A DNA stretch of 41,373 nucleotides. Origin: Thelocarpon superellum (lineage: Eukaryota). The stretch covers positions 1 to 41,373 of the forward strand of contig JAPEUG010000121.1 of assembly GCA_026025795.1 (NCBI GenBank). Direction: 5' to 3'. How positions within the stretch are numbered: the stretch's first letter is position 1; each line of letters opens with the position of its first letter. The notes under the pieces were generated by a model. It searched no databases. It saw only the letters and a list, made by a program, of their open reading frames with translations, and had not been told where the DNA came from. A program made the position numbers and the translations under genes. Below are positions 23,890-35,412 of the stretch, piece by piece.

Positions 23890-25743
23890 TTAATGTTGAC
23901 TCCATTCAATACTGTCCAAATCAATGCCTTCCTGAACCAACTCCCACAGTGGACTCAGCTCCCGTAAAAAGGTCACTCGCTCCTTAACGGCCTTGAGCAC
24001 GTAGTCGATCTCGCTCTCCGTGGTAAAGCGGCCGATGCCGAAGCGGATGCTGCTATGTGCACTCTCGTCGCTGCTGCCCAGCGCTCGCAGCACGTAGCTG
24101 GGTTCGAGCGAGGCCGAGGTGCACGCGCTCCCCGACGAGAGCGCAATGTCCTTCAAGGCCATGAGGAGTGATTCACCCTCGATGTAGGCAAAGGACACAT
24201 TGACGCAACCCGGGTAGAAATGCTTTGGGTCCCCGTTCTGAGTCGTGTGATCGAGTTCAAGGAGACCCGTTAGCAGGCGCCGAGAGAGGGCCGAGATGCG
24301 TTGGTGATCGTACTAGCAGGCCGGGTGCGTTAGCAGCGGTCTTTTTCTTCGGAAGAGATGAGCGATGGTCACGATCCGATTCTCGAGCAACACCGAATCA
24401 GAACCCCTGCTACAACAATCATACCATGGTGGCGCGCATACGACTGAAGACGCAGCGTGTGCCACCACAGTCAGAAAGCCATGCATGTAAAGCAATATAA
24501 TCATATCCGACGAGAAAGGCCGACGCCGACGCGATGGACACGTAAGCTTGCATGGATAGCGCTCACCTTCATCTCTTCCTTGGCGATGCGGCAGGCTTCG
24601 CCAAAGCCCACGACCAGAGGCGGCGCGAGCGTCCCGCTCCGCAAGCCTCGCTCCTGACCTCCCCCGCTGATGATGGGATCGATGCGAACACGCGGCCGTC
24701 GTCGCACGTAGCACGCGCCAATGCCGTTGGGTCCATAGATCTTGTGCGCCGAAATGGACATCAGATCCACATTCCAGGCGTTGACATCGACTGGGATCTT
24801 GCCGACGGCCTGCGCCGCGTCGGTGTGGAAAAAGACCTTCTTGGAACGGCAGAGCGTGCCGATCTCTTCCATGGGTTGAATCACGCCAATCTCGTTGTTG
24901 ACGGTCATGATGCTGACCAGCGCGGTGTCTGGCCGCATGGCCGCTTCCAATTCGGCCATGTCAATCCGGCCATTCGACTGCACGGGCAGATATGTGACCT
25001 CGAAGCCCTCGTCCTGGAGATGGCGACAGCTGTCGAGCACACACTTGTGCTCCGTCTGGCTCGTGATGATGTGCTTCTTCTTTCCTGACCGTCCGAAGAA
25101 TCTCGCCACGCCCTTGATGCTCATGTTGTTGCTCTCCGTCGCGCCGCTCGTGAAGATGATCTCCTTGGCATCGGCCCCGATCAGCTGGGCGACGTTCTCT
25201 CGCGCCGTCTCAATGGCCTTGTCCGTCTCCCAGCCGTAGGCATGTGTGCGCGAGTGCGGATTGCCGTATAGTCCGGTGAAGAAGGGAAGCATGGCATCTA
25301 GCACGCGAGGATCGGTCGGAGTCGTCGCTTGCATGTCGAGATAGATGGGGCGAGATCCTTGGTCGAGGATGGTGGCTTGTTTCAGCACCCCTATCCATCA
25401 TCAGCATCATGAACAGTCTTATTGGGCCGGTAGAGAGGAACGTACCCGCGGAAGGACTCATCATGGCTGCTGCGTCCAAGACGGTCCCCGAGGCGGGAAC
25501 GGACTCGGGCAGTTTTCCGGTCTGCGAGATAAAGGCGTCGTGATCCGCTTTGATGGCAGTATCCACGGACACCTGTGCACTGTCTTTCTTCGACTCCGAC
25601 ACGTAAGATCGAGAGGGTACGACCGCCGTGGGATGGGCGCATCTTCGAATGGCAGCATTTCGTGGTGGCGTTGCCCTGCTCAAGGTCGAGGAGGAATAAA
25701 GGCGTGAGGCCTGACGCATCGCTCGCGGGGCGACAAGCGCCAT
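23890..25743 (-). CDS. NFS1: Mitochondrial cysteine desulfurase
   Basis: Exons 25743-25446, 25390-24567, 24312-23890. Arg/Ser-rich presequence. Motifs [34 protein letters not shown] lysine in SAHKIYGP, catalytic SSGSACTS and C-terminal IEWSQH. Confidence 0.97.
24392..24511 (-). ncRNA. Intronic box C/D snoRNA in NFS1 intron 2, predicted guide for 18S rRNA Cm49
   Basis: Minus strand: box C ATGATTA (24504-24498), guide ACATGCATGGCTT (24488-24476), box D' CTGA (24474-24471), internal stem TGGTGGC..GCCACCA, box C' ATGATT (24422-24417), box D CTGA (24401-24398), terminal stem GTCGGA/TTCGGT. The guide is the exact complement of the conserved 18S sequence AAGCCATGCATGT. Confidence 0.85.
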
Positions 25744-26542
25744 CTTCGTACATGAACGATTCATCCACGAGATAGGTGGAGGATTGGCACCCGAGATTCA
25801 AGAATTTGGGAACAGTGGGTTCTCCCAGTTGTAGAGCATCGCGTGAGGCGAAACATCCATCGACGCTCATGAGGTACTCCAATCGCTGACTACTACAATC
25901 TCGAGAGATCCTCTTAGCTTGATGACGGTTCGAAATTCGCTGGTCTTAGGTAAGCTCGGACTCGCCCTAGGAGCGTGGAACGAAGCGGAGAGTCACGGGA
26001 CTTGTCACTTCCACTGCGCCTGGTTGACGGTTCCATGTCACAATCGAGACTCATCAGAGACGGACTGCTGAGAATCTACGGATTCACATCACATTACATA
26101 TCGTACAAGAGGCATCTACTACCACCTTTGCTTTCCAAGGTTGAGGCATGAAGGTCATCGCCCGTACGGCTGTGGCTGCCAGGTGCCACGCCACGGAGCG
26201 GCACACGGCCTAGACCTGTCGTCACCGCCGTGCGTCAGTAATGGCCGCATCAGCCTGCAGCCTTCGTAGAGACTCTCAGGCGCCACCCGACAGAAGCAGT
26301 CACTGCCTGCTGCAGCCCGAGGATGTCGTAACGGAGCGAGGACCAAATCGCCGTCATTGGCATCATCATTAGCGTGATCGGCTCCCGTTCAACGTGGGAC
26401 TAGATAGTCCGGCACAGGTAGCACCGCGGCGTATCGTCACCCGCTGCCGTCGGTGCCATCGGGTGCTGTCGGTCCCATCACAACAATACCCCCGTTCCCC
26501 GCATCTTCCTTTGGATCCTGACCAGCACCGTGGGATCCAGCC

Positions 26543-28247
26543 ATGAGTTGGAAAGGCTTCACCAAAAGCGTCGTACGCGTGAGTCTGCCCACGCCGAGCA
26601 GCTAACACCTCGTCGCCTTCCGCGCACGACTTCCGCACCGGCTAACTCGTGTCGCCAGGCACCACAATCGGTCAAGCAGCGTTTTAACGTGGTTTGTCGG
26701 CCTTCTCCTGTGAAACACCTGGGTTGTGCTCATCGTCGTCCTAGGGCGAGACCACTAAAGATGCCGTCTACATCGACTCAGAACGGCGCTTTCAAGAGCT
26801 GGAGACGGTTCGTCTGCCAAGCCGACGATGGTGGGGCGAGCTGGACTGACCGATGGAATCAAGGAAACCAAACGATTACACTCCGAGTCAACAAAGTGAT
26901 TCTTGATCTCTCGCAGGTCCCGCGTGCTTGCTGCTAACTCAACGCAGGTACTTTGATGCGATCAAAGGTCAGCGCGGTGCGGTGAAGCGTGTTCAGGCTG
27001 GATCCTTACCTGTTCCTAGGCATGTTGAACCATCAGATTGAATTCTCCAAAGCCGTGGCAGAAATCTACCGACCAATCTCAGGCCGTGTGTCCGACCCCG
27101 ACTCGATCATGTCCGAGGGTAACCCCGAGGGGATCCGCGCATGCGAAGAATATGAGAATATCGTCCGCGACCAACTCGAGACCCTGCAACCGGAGCTGGA
27201 GATGATTGAGACCCGGGTCATCCGGCCCGCCGTCGAACTGCTTGACATTATCAAGGTCATTCGGAAGACGGCGACGAAGCGGCAACACAAGCAGCTCGAC
27301 TACGACCGGCACCGCGCCACGCTGCAGAAGCTCAAAGACAAGAAAGAGAAGACGCTCAAGGACGAGAAAGCCATGTACAAGGCGGAAGCAGACGTGGAGG
27401 CGGCGACGCAGGAGTTCGAATATTTCAATGACCTGCTCAAGACCGAGCTGCCCAAGCTGTTCCAGCTCGAGCGCGAGTTCATCCGGCCACTCTTCCAGTC
27501 CTTCTACTACATGCAGCTGAACGTCTTCTACACCCTGCACGAAAAGATGCAGAGCATCAACATCGGCTACTTTGACCTCACGCTGGGCATCGAAGAAGCC
27601 TTTGAGCAGAAACGCGGCCTGATCAAGGACCAGGCCGAGGCCCTGTCCATCACGCGCTTCAAGGCGACGGGCGGCCGGAAACCAGGACAGCCCAAGTACG
27701 GGCCTCCGAAGAAGCTGGCCGTCGAGAACAAGCCGTCTGCATCCTCCACGCTGGCCATCGAAGGACCTCCCCCGCTGAATCCCGCACCGTCGCACGCCTC
27801 GGAGCTCGACGCTGTCGCGAGTCCTCCGCCGCCGTACTCGGCGAACCTCTCCCCCACCAGCGCCACAGGCTCCAGCGTGGCCCGCGCCAACTCCACCAAC
27901 ACATCGTGGGGCGCCGCTGCCAAAGCCAAGGGTGCCGCACCACCTCCACCCAAGCCGAAACCGAAACCCGCCCGGCTCAGTGGCGCTCCTCAGGTCGAGA
28001 TGGCCACGGCATTGTACGACTATGAGGCGCAAGCCGAAGGCGATCTGAGCTTCGCCGCCGGAGACGTCATAGAGCTTGTTCAACGTGGCGCCACGGAGAA
28101 CGAATGGTGGACAGGGAAACTGCATGGCAAGGAGGGACAATTTCCGGGTAAGCATGCTTCCATCCATGGAGGATGTGTCTGTCCGTCCTTGCTCTACTCG
28201 GCTAACGACTCGTCCGTGATGCAGGCAACTACGTGCAAGTGAATTAG
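26543..28247 (+). CDS. RVS167: N-BAR/SH3 amphiphysin
   Basis: Exons 26543-26578, 26659-26691, 26745-26807, 26864-26895, 26948-26967, 27020-28147, 28225-28247. N-terminus [29 protein letters not shown]. BAR domain with KQLDYDRH; SH3 domain ALYDYEAQAEGDLSF..WWTG..FPGNYV. Confidence 0.95.
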
Positions 28248-28900
28248 AGCAAGCATCGCCTTTTGCCTTTGTCGCTCCTTTCCCGCTCCATCTCCTGCAT
28301 ACCCGTCACGCAGACATAGCACTGAATACCATTCTGTTCAACTCCATTCGACTCCATTCGATTCCCGTGATGAAGGCTGCGGAAGTTGAGATACCGGACG
28401 GCGTCGTTGAGTTGCTACAGATGCCGTCTGTCGTGTGTAGCTACGAGCCTTGGTACTAGCTAGAGACTTCGGAAGCGGTAATGGAGGGCAAGGGAGAAAA
28501 TGAGCGAGGGGGAGAAAGAAAAGACAGAAGATTCAATACAAGATGCAAAAGTCCCGAATACCTCCAATCTGCATTTATCTTTGACTTACATTCACATTGT
28601 CGTGAAAAGCGCTCGATTAGTACGTGTTACGCACGCTCGGGAAAATGCCTCATCAGCTGGTTCTGATCATTTGGACGATCCAATTTGCTCATTCCTTTAT
28701 TCGGTGGACAGACATACCTAGGTAGAAACCTAAGTAGACAGATGTGTATGAAGGTAAGCAGAGAAGACGTTCAGAGTCCTTGTTTTTGCGGACGCGTATT
28801 CGTACTCATGATGAAAACTCGTCGCGTTGCCTTTTGAAGTGGAAGTGGATGGGAGACGTATGTTCATGGAGGGTCTGTGATTGATCCTGTTGCTGGGAAA

Positions 28901-29000
28901 GGGAGAGGGAGAGGGAGAGGGAGAGGGAGAGGGAGAGGGAGAGGGAGAGGGAGAGGGAGAGGGAGAGGGAGAGGGAGAGGGAGAGGGAGAGGGAGAGGGA
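28901..29000 (+). repeat. (GGGAGA)16 perfect hexanucleotide homopurine repeat
   Basis: 100-nt perfect run read directly, lying between the convergent RVS167 and F-box genes. Confidence 0.97.
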
Positions 29001-29076
29001 AAAAGAGAAGCATGGGACGGCGGAAAGCACAGAGAAGACGTCATCAAAATCATGAAAGAGAACAGTAAGGGAAACG

Positions 29077-31549
29077 TCACCGCAACCACACGCCCATTCC
29101 AAGCCCCAGGTACGCGGCCTGTTCTCTTCTCAACCAGCACGCGTCTTTCGCCGCCGATATCTTGGCGGTGTCGGTAGCGGTTGTCTGCCGTTCACGGTGC
29201 GGTGAATCGAATTCATCACAGTCGCATCCACAGTCGCAGTCGCAGGCGCAGTCATATCCGCGGTCCGCCTCCACGCATGCACGCGCATGTGCACGCCCAC
29301 TTCCCTCTTGGTCTTCATCAAGACGCACCCGTTTCGAGCCAGAGCCAGAACCAGAGCCAGAGCCAAAGCTAGAGCCCGCGCTCGCGCTCATGCTCAAGCC
29401 CAAGATCGAACTCGGTCGAGGATCGAGCACTAATCTCGCTTTGCTCTGGCTCTGGCTCTTGCTCTTGCTCTTGGCGTTGCGGCGCCAGGTCCGATCCCGC
29501 CGATCGGTATCGAGGATGACGATGCGCTGGGGGCCGCTGGCCTTGGCGTCTTCGGTGTCGGAGCGGTCTCCGGTTACGCTGTCACCCGCGCGGCTTGACG
29601 CCGACGAAGGCGATGCGGTGGTGGGGGGTGAGCAGGTCGATGTCTCGAAAGGATCAAGGCCGGCAAGCTGGATGCCGCGGTCGAAATTGACAAAGACAAT
29701 CGCGCGCTCCGTGTCGGATGCGCTGCCACTGAGATAAACGATGCTGCGCTCGTCCGCGATCCCGTCCACCTCCACCTTGCTGCTGCTGTTGCTGCTGCTT
29801 CGCTTGCGGTTCGGACACGGGCCTGGGTTGAGGATGTTGTGGAGCGCTTCGAGCTTCTCGTCTTGCAAAGCGGAGCGAGCCGCGGGCCACATCCGGATCC
29901 CCGCTTGGCGTTCAATGAAGGTCTCTTCCGCACCGTCGAGCGGTTCGCCGGTGATGGGGTGTGGAGGGGGTCGCTGGAGGAGTCCGTGCTTGTCGTACTT
30001 CGTGGGTCCGAGTCTCCGACTGCCAATCCGTAGTCGGAGGCGAGAGGTGCGCCGGATGCCGCCATCGCAAGGTGGGTCCTCTGGGTCATCGACCAGGTCA
30101 ATGAATGCGTTGCACGACGGATTGTAATATCGCAGCTTGGTCCGGGCTAGGATGAAACTGCGCGAGCTTCCGACATTGCCGTCGTCGCCGCGATGCACGT
30201 AACGCGGTAATCGCGGCTTTGGGCGTGAGTAATGGGGTTTGTCGCTCTCGTCCATCATCAGCACAATCGCTTCGTTCGGGAGAGTGTCGGCCGCTTCAAA
30301 GTCCGTAGTCTCGTCTCCATCTTCCGACGTCGTGAGTGTCGTAATGGCGTCGGTGGCACTTGGTATGTGGACTTCGGCTGGAAACTCCAAGGGTTGCATG
30401 TAGTAAGTTCGCTGGCTCATGCTGCCACCTCCCTGCCACTCCCGCCGGCATTCAACAATCATCAGTTTCCCCGTCCCTTCGTCCGCGTGGAGGCGGAGAT
30501 CGGTCCATGAGTCATTGATTGGTCCCTCCACATGGTTGCGCCGCCAGATAACCCGTGATTCCAGCGTCTGCTGGCAGACGTTGTCCAAGGGGAAGCGACA
30601 ACAGTGGTAGCTGGACGTCCAGTCTACCTCCTCCACATCAAACGAGGTCTGGTTGCTCAACGCATAGAAATGAGGCCCATGAATCTCAAAAGACACCGTC
30701 ATCCCCATGTCGGATCCAACAAAGTTCTCAAGATGAATTCGTCTTTCCAATACCTGTCCAGTGGCGAGAGACACGCCTGAGATGACCCACTCGTGATGCC
30801 CATGCTGGCCCGTCTCCGAATGTGTGCCGTAAAAGACGTATGAGCCGTTGTTCCGCGCAAAGATTTTCATCGTCGATTCAAGACATACGGTGATAATCGG
30901 CTGAGTCTGTCCACGCGCGTCCGGCCTCAATCGGACGATAAGGAGATGAGACGCAGGCTCTGGCCTGCCGACCTCCCATAGACAGACGAGAACATGATCG
31001 GCATAATTTAAAAGGGTCAATTGACCACGACTGACCGGGCTGCCCGCATCAAGATGCTGCCTCACAAGGGGCCCAAGTTCGATGACTTGTTCTGTGCGAG
31101 CAGAGGCATGGAGATCGAGAACGCGGATGGTATGACTGGTCCGATAACACAGTATCCCTTGCCGGTACAAGATGGAAGAACCATAGCCTAGAATCGACGC
31201 TGAGGCTGGCCGGGTAGTAGCCACTGCTTCTCGACGGTCAAAGACCCGCCACGCTGCGGCACGATAGGTAAAGCGGTCCTTTCGCCCTAGTTCCGCCTCC
31301 GTCCGCGCAAGTTTGGCCTCGCGGGAGTATGGAATAAGTGTCTGAACGTCTCTCAGCACCATGTATTCAGGCAGTCAAGGTCAATGGAGATGGACGTACC
31401 TCGACCGTCCGCCGACAGATGACCTCCTCCGCTAAGAGCGACTTAAGTCCCCTACACGTCTCACCCAGACGCAGCACATCCTCGAAATTCAAGCTCGCGG
31501 CGATATGAAAGATGACGTCCAACGGTAAGTGGCATAAAAGGAGAGGCAT
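29077..31549 (-). CDS. F-box domain protein
   Basis: Exon 1 31549-31400 encodes an F-box (LCHLPLDVIFHIAASLNFEDVLRLGETCRGLKSL). Intron 31399-31342 (GTACGT..CAG). Exon 2 31341-29077 includes FYALSNQTSFDVEEVDWTSSYH and WRRNHVEGPINDSW. Confidence 0.85.
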
Positions 31550-33877
31550 TCCAAGATCCACGGCAGCAGGACGAGGGGCGAGGTGAGTGTGGCGGCTACA
31601 ATTTCCCTATCGGATGGAATAATCTGCTCGCCGAAGCGCCCCAGATTTGATCAAGGAGGAGAGAGCACAGTATGAAGCAGGCAATAAGGGCGCAGGAAGA
31701 TCATCAGCACCACGGAACACCGACGACTTGAAGGTCTTCATCAGAATGCCAGAACGAGGGAATGGAAGACACCGGGAGAGATGCTCCTTCGCAAGGAGAT
31801 AGTTCAACGGAAGACTTCGATGATAGCATGTTGGGCTCTCCTCGTCGGGCTGGCGGTGAATGCCTTATGTAGCACGATCAGAGCCGCATTTGGCAGGGGG
31901 TTGAAAGAAGAAGGGTAAGGCGAGACAGATGCAGCATTCCGTTAGGCTTGCAATCTGCGGTCGAGGATTGATGTACCGGGACCACGGGATCTGAGTTTCC
32001 CGCCACTCCAAATGCGACCGCTACAGCGATGCGGCTCAAATGATGTCTGGGCGGCATCGCTGTGGTGGGGCAAACGGACTTTTTATCAAGGAAACCACTT
32101 AGTGCATACGCCGTCCGCAAAACCAATTTGAGACCGTCTCCCCCACCATTGTCAAGCCAGTCTCGATCAGTCTCGATTGGGGCGAGGCTGAGCTTTTGTA
32201 CACATGGTGAGATGAGCCAGTTCGAGCTGCCCGCTCACCGTGGGGCGGATCGCGGCCTGATCTTTCGGGCTATTGTTCACCGGTTCCGAGGGGCTAGCGA
32301 AAGCTGATTGGTGAGCAAGAACCTCGCACGAATATGCGGCTCTGCGACCTTCAGGCACCTCACCCCACTAGTCAGACTTCGTCACGCCTATCGTATACTA
32401 CACGTTTCAGGTCCGGGTCTCACTTGTTTGGCTGCCTCACTTGCTTGAAATTCTTCACCAACGTTTCCCCACGCGTGTTTCTGCGGGTATGCCTTTGCCT
32501 CAAGGACCGGTACAGATGGTCGGAAAGAGCGCGCAACGAGATATTCCTTGTCCAATAGCAAGCTGCTCACCTGACTGAGGATGCATGCGAGTAAACTTCG
32601 TCGGTGTGCATGGTGCCCACGCTTTCATAGTCTGACCACGCAATACGGAGCCTGACCGCTGCTCGAGTAAGTACGAGTCAAGTAGTACTCAGTAGTCCTC
32701 GTACAGAAATCAGGTAGCCTCGCACACCTAACCACCACCTTGGCCATACTAGCCGCAGGGCCGGCAGCTAAAACCTTATGGAGAGCTCGAGTACATTGGC
32801 CGTCGTGAAGCGGCTCTGCGGGCATAGCGCGATCGTCAAGCTTCATCAGAACTCTGTACTTGTAAGTCTTGCTCTTCGCCGATTCAACGCGCATAAAGCG
32901 GGATGAACGATTGTGTTCCTTGATGCGTTCGCCCCTTGCGACTGCATACCGTTCATTTCAATGCCAGAGCAAGGCTGTCGTCGCAAGGGGGAATGTGGGC
33001 AGTGTGGCAGAGACCAGTGAGAAAACGACTCGTCGCACCGTCCCAACGGGCATGTCGGGACGATCGTGACATTTTAAGCAGGCCATGAATACGAACGCAT
33101 GACGCTTGTGGTGCCAGTTGTGACCACTTCTCCCGTGACCACCCTAGTACTGCTTAGACCGATGAGACTGCTCTGCCTACTACGATAGTAGTGGGGCCGA
33201 GGCCCCGTCAGATGTGCCCTTGGCTCCACTTCGACGAAGCCGTCCTCCGGCATGGGCACGGCAGCAATCGATGTGTTCCGGCCATCCTTAGTGACCTATG
33301 GAAGAGACCGTGGCGGCCCGGACATATCGTGGGAAGGCCGACGGTGACGGCTACGACCTGCGAGGGTAAGGCACACACCCCCTCGGTGGTGTCAACAGTC
33401 GATTCGCAGCGCTTCAAATGCAACGGGCTGCCTCGTCGACCGGTAAGGGTGAGGAGCTGCTGCTGCAAGGCCGCTTTGCGGGCGGGCTGATGCATCAACC
33501 TCGTGCAAGGACAGGTTTCCAGACACCCCAGACAGGAATCGAGGGCATCTCCGAGGCTTCACAGACAGGGCACATGGCATGATGAGGAGCAAGGTGAGGA
33601 GGGACAAATTGTCCTCGTACAAGCTTGATGATGACTGGATCAGTGCAGGCCAGGGCACCATTGAGAATCTAATGAGGCCACGTGAAGCACAGGGGCAGCA
33701 CGGCAAGGACGTAGGCCCATGGGAGGGCAAACGTGCAGGAAGCCATCCATCAACGCCGCTCGTCAAGCGATTTGACGCAACTCCCCTGTCTACATGATTG
33801 CCCAACAAGAACACAAACGCCACCTGCCATGTAGACGCGAGAGACCCCGGTTCTCGTGAACCGGAGGAATATTCTTG

Positions 33878-34348
33878 TCACAACGCCACGCTCTCCATGT
33901 CCCGCATCAACACTGCCATTTGCGCCCGCTTGGCCGCTTCGGCGACCAGACTGAAGTCCTGCAGGAGGGCCTTGGTCGTGGCCGGGCTGTGGGCTGCGTC
34001 GTGGTCCCGGCGGTCGTAAGGCTGAGATGCCGCTAAGTGAGTGTGGGGTGCCGAGCCCGTTTGCTGCGACAGCGTGGCCGGAGCGGAGGTTGGGCCGCGA
34101 CCGTAGGGATTGGAGGAGGAACAGTTATGACTCGACTGTCCGGATGACGGCGACGGTAGTGGCGCGTGGACATGTGTTGTCGTCGAGGTGTGAAGGCCAT
34201 TGGAAGTCAACGCGGACGGCGCGACGTGGTTCGGATGAGACAAGGGTGAGGCGGCGGGCGAGCCCCATGGAGGAGCGGCCGGGTGATTGCTCGGTCTCGA
34301 GGTGCCTCCGTGCTGTGTGTGGCCTGAATGGCGACTGGGAGCATCCAT
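33878..34348 (-). CDS. Small uncharacterised protein with disordered N-terminus and helical C-terminal motif
   Basis: ATG 34348 (MDAPSRH). The C-terminus LLQDFSLVAEAAKRAQMAVLMRDMESVAL resembles a block I recall from Pezizomycotina hypothetical proteins. The start codon is uncertain. Confidence 0.7.
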   Translation of the reverse strand: MDAPSRHSGHTQHGGTSRPSNHPAAPPWGSPAASPLSHPNHVAPSALTSNGLHTSTTTHVHAPLPSPSSGQSSHNCSSSNPYGRGPTSAPATLSQQTGSAPHTHLAASQPYDRRDHDAAHSPATTKALLQDFSLVAEAAKRAQMAVLMRDMESVAL

Positions 34349-34377
34349 CGTAGCCCTGCGTCGGTCTAGCGATGGTA

Positions 34378-34410
34378 ACCTCAACCTCGACCTCAACCTC
34401 GACCTCGACC
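34378..34410 (+). repeat. Imperfect (ACCTCR)n hexamer repeat
   Basis: acctcaacctcgacctcaacctcgacctcgacc, in the probable 5' leader of the minus-strand gene. Confidence 0.75.
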
Positions 34411-35293
34411 TTGACGGTTGAAGGAGTGACGATGGTCAGGCTGGGTCTGAGGGCGACGGGACGAGGGAGCTGGTGGGGCGGAGGGGGTCGGATGAGGATC
34501 GCATCCACGACGGCGTACCAGTGGTCATGAAAGAAGAGAGGATGAAGTGGAAACCACTGACCGCGCTTGGCAGACGAATCTACATATGAAGGGCGGGATG
34601 GGGAGATCTATGGACCGACGCTGTAAATTGGGGCGCTTTGCCCACGGGGATTAGGCGGTGGCAGCAGGATGAACGAACGAACCACCCCCTCAGCCTGGGG
34701 AAGGCAGGCGCCAACCTCCAAGCCGACTCGTCACTAAGGACCTGACGACCGTCCGGCGTCGGCCAACATTGACACCACGTCTCCCACGACACTAGAGCCG
34801 GCGGAACAGACGCCAGCAACTATTCGCGCGCCCCCCTACGCTGTCATCTCGTCCTCGGGGGCTCTGCGCCCCGTGGTGGCCAGGTTCCATCGCAAAGGCT
34901 TTTGGCGAGCAAGATTGAACGCCCGGGGAAATCGTCATGCGCATAGCCGACCTTGCGATTTGCCTCCGCATTACTAGTGAATCGGCCCGCGGACCTATGC
35001 GCAGGCCCCCTCCCCCGCTTCTGCCGGATCGGCGCGCCTCTGTGAGGCAGACGGTACCACAGGCCCTCGAGGCCGCGACCGCATCCGTTCCAAGCCTTGG
35101 CGGTCGGGTGGCATGCATGTGACTCGGCCCAATGGCATCGCACCGGTGCCTTGCACTTGTTCAGCGTACTCGTACTCGTAAGTACTTCGCGCGTACAGCT
35201 TTTCGTCCTGCGGTAGAGTCCCTAGGGGTACTCCGTATTATTCCACGACATGTTCTGTTCCGTTTGCCGTTTGGCCTAGGAGAGAGAGCAGCA

Positions 35294-35323
35294 GTCGCGG
35301 TTGCGGTCGCGGTCGCGGTCGCG
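35294..35323 (+). repeat. (GTYGCG)5 hexamer repeat upstream of EFM7
   Basis: gtcgcg gttgcg gtcgcg gtcgcg gtcgcg read directly. Confidence 0.75.
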
Positions 35324-35412
35324 TGTTGCCCCTGCATTGGACCCTCGTTTGGGGTCAATGGTGTGACGGCGAGCGAAGGTCGATCGGACGCCATCGCGTG
35401 CGCCACCGCAAG

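Noticed and set aside
24476..24488. 18S rRNA fragment on the plus strand
   Set aside because: It is only 13 nt and is embedded in C/D boxes on the opposite strand, so it is better explained as a snoRNA guide than as rDNA.
27079..28167. 362-aa minus-strand ORF and similar long antisense ORFs over palF, VPS23 and NFS1
   Set aside because: They are shadows produced by high third-position GC in the real genes.
28730..29177. ORFs with poly-SP, SL, GR or GE tracts
   Set aside because: They are translation artefacts of the (GGGAGA)n repeat.
31600..33870. Possible gene or transposon remnant between the F-box gene and the small protein
   Set aside because: Only short ORFs without domains, and no terminal repeats or transposase/RT motifs visible.
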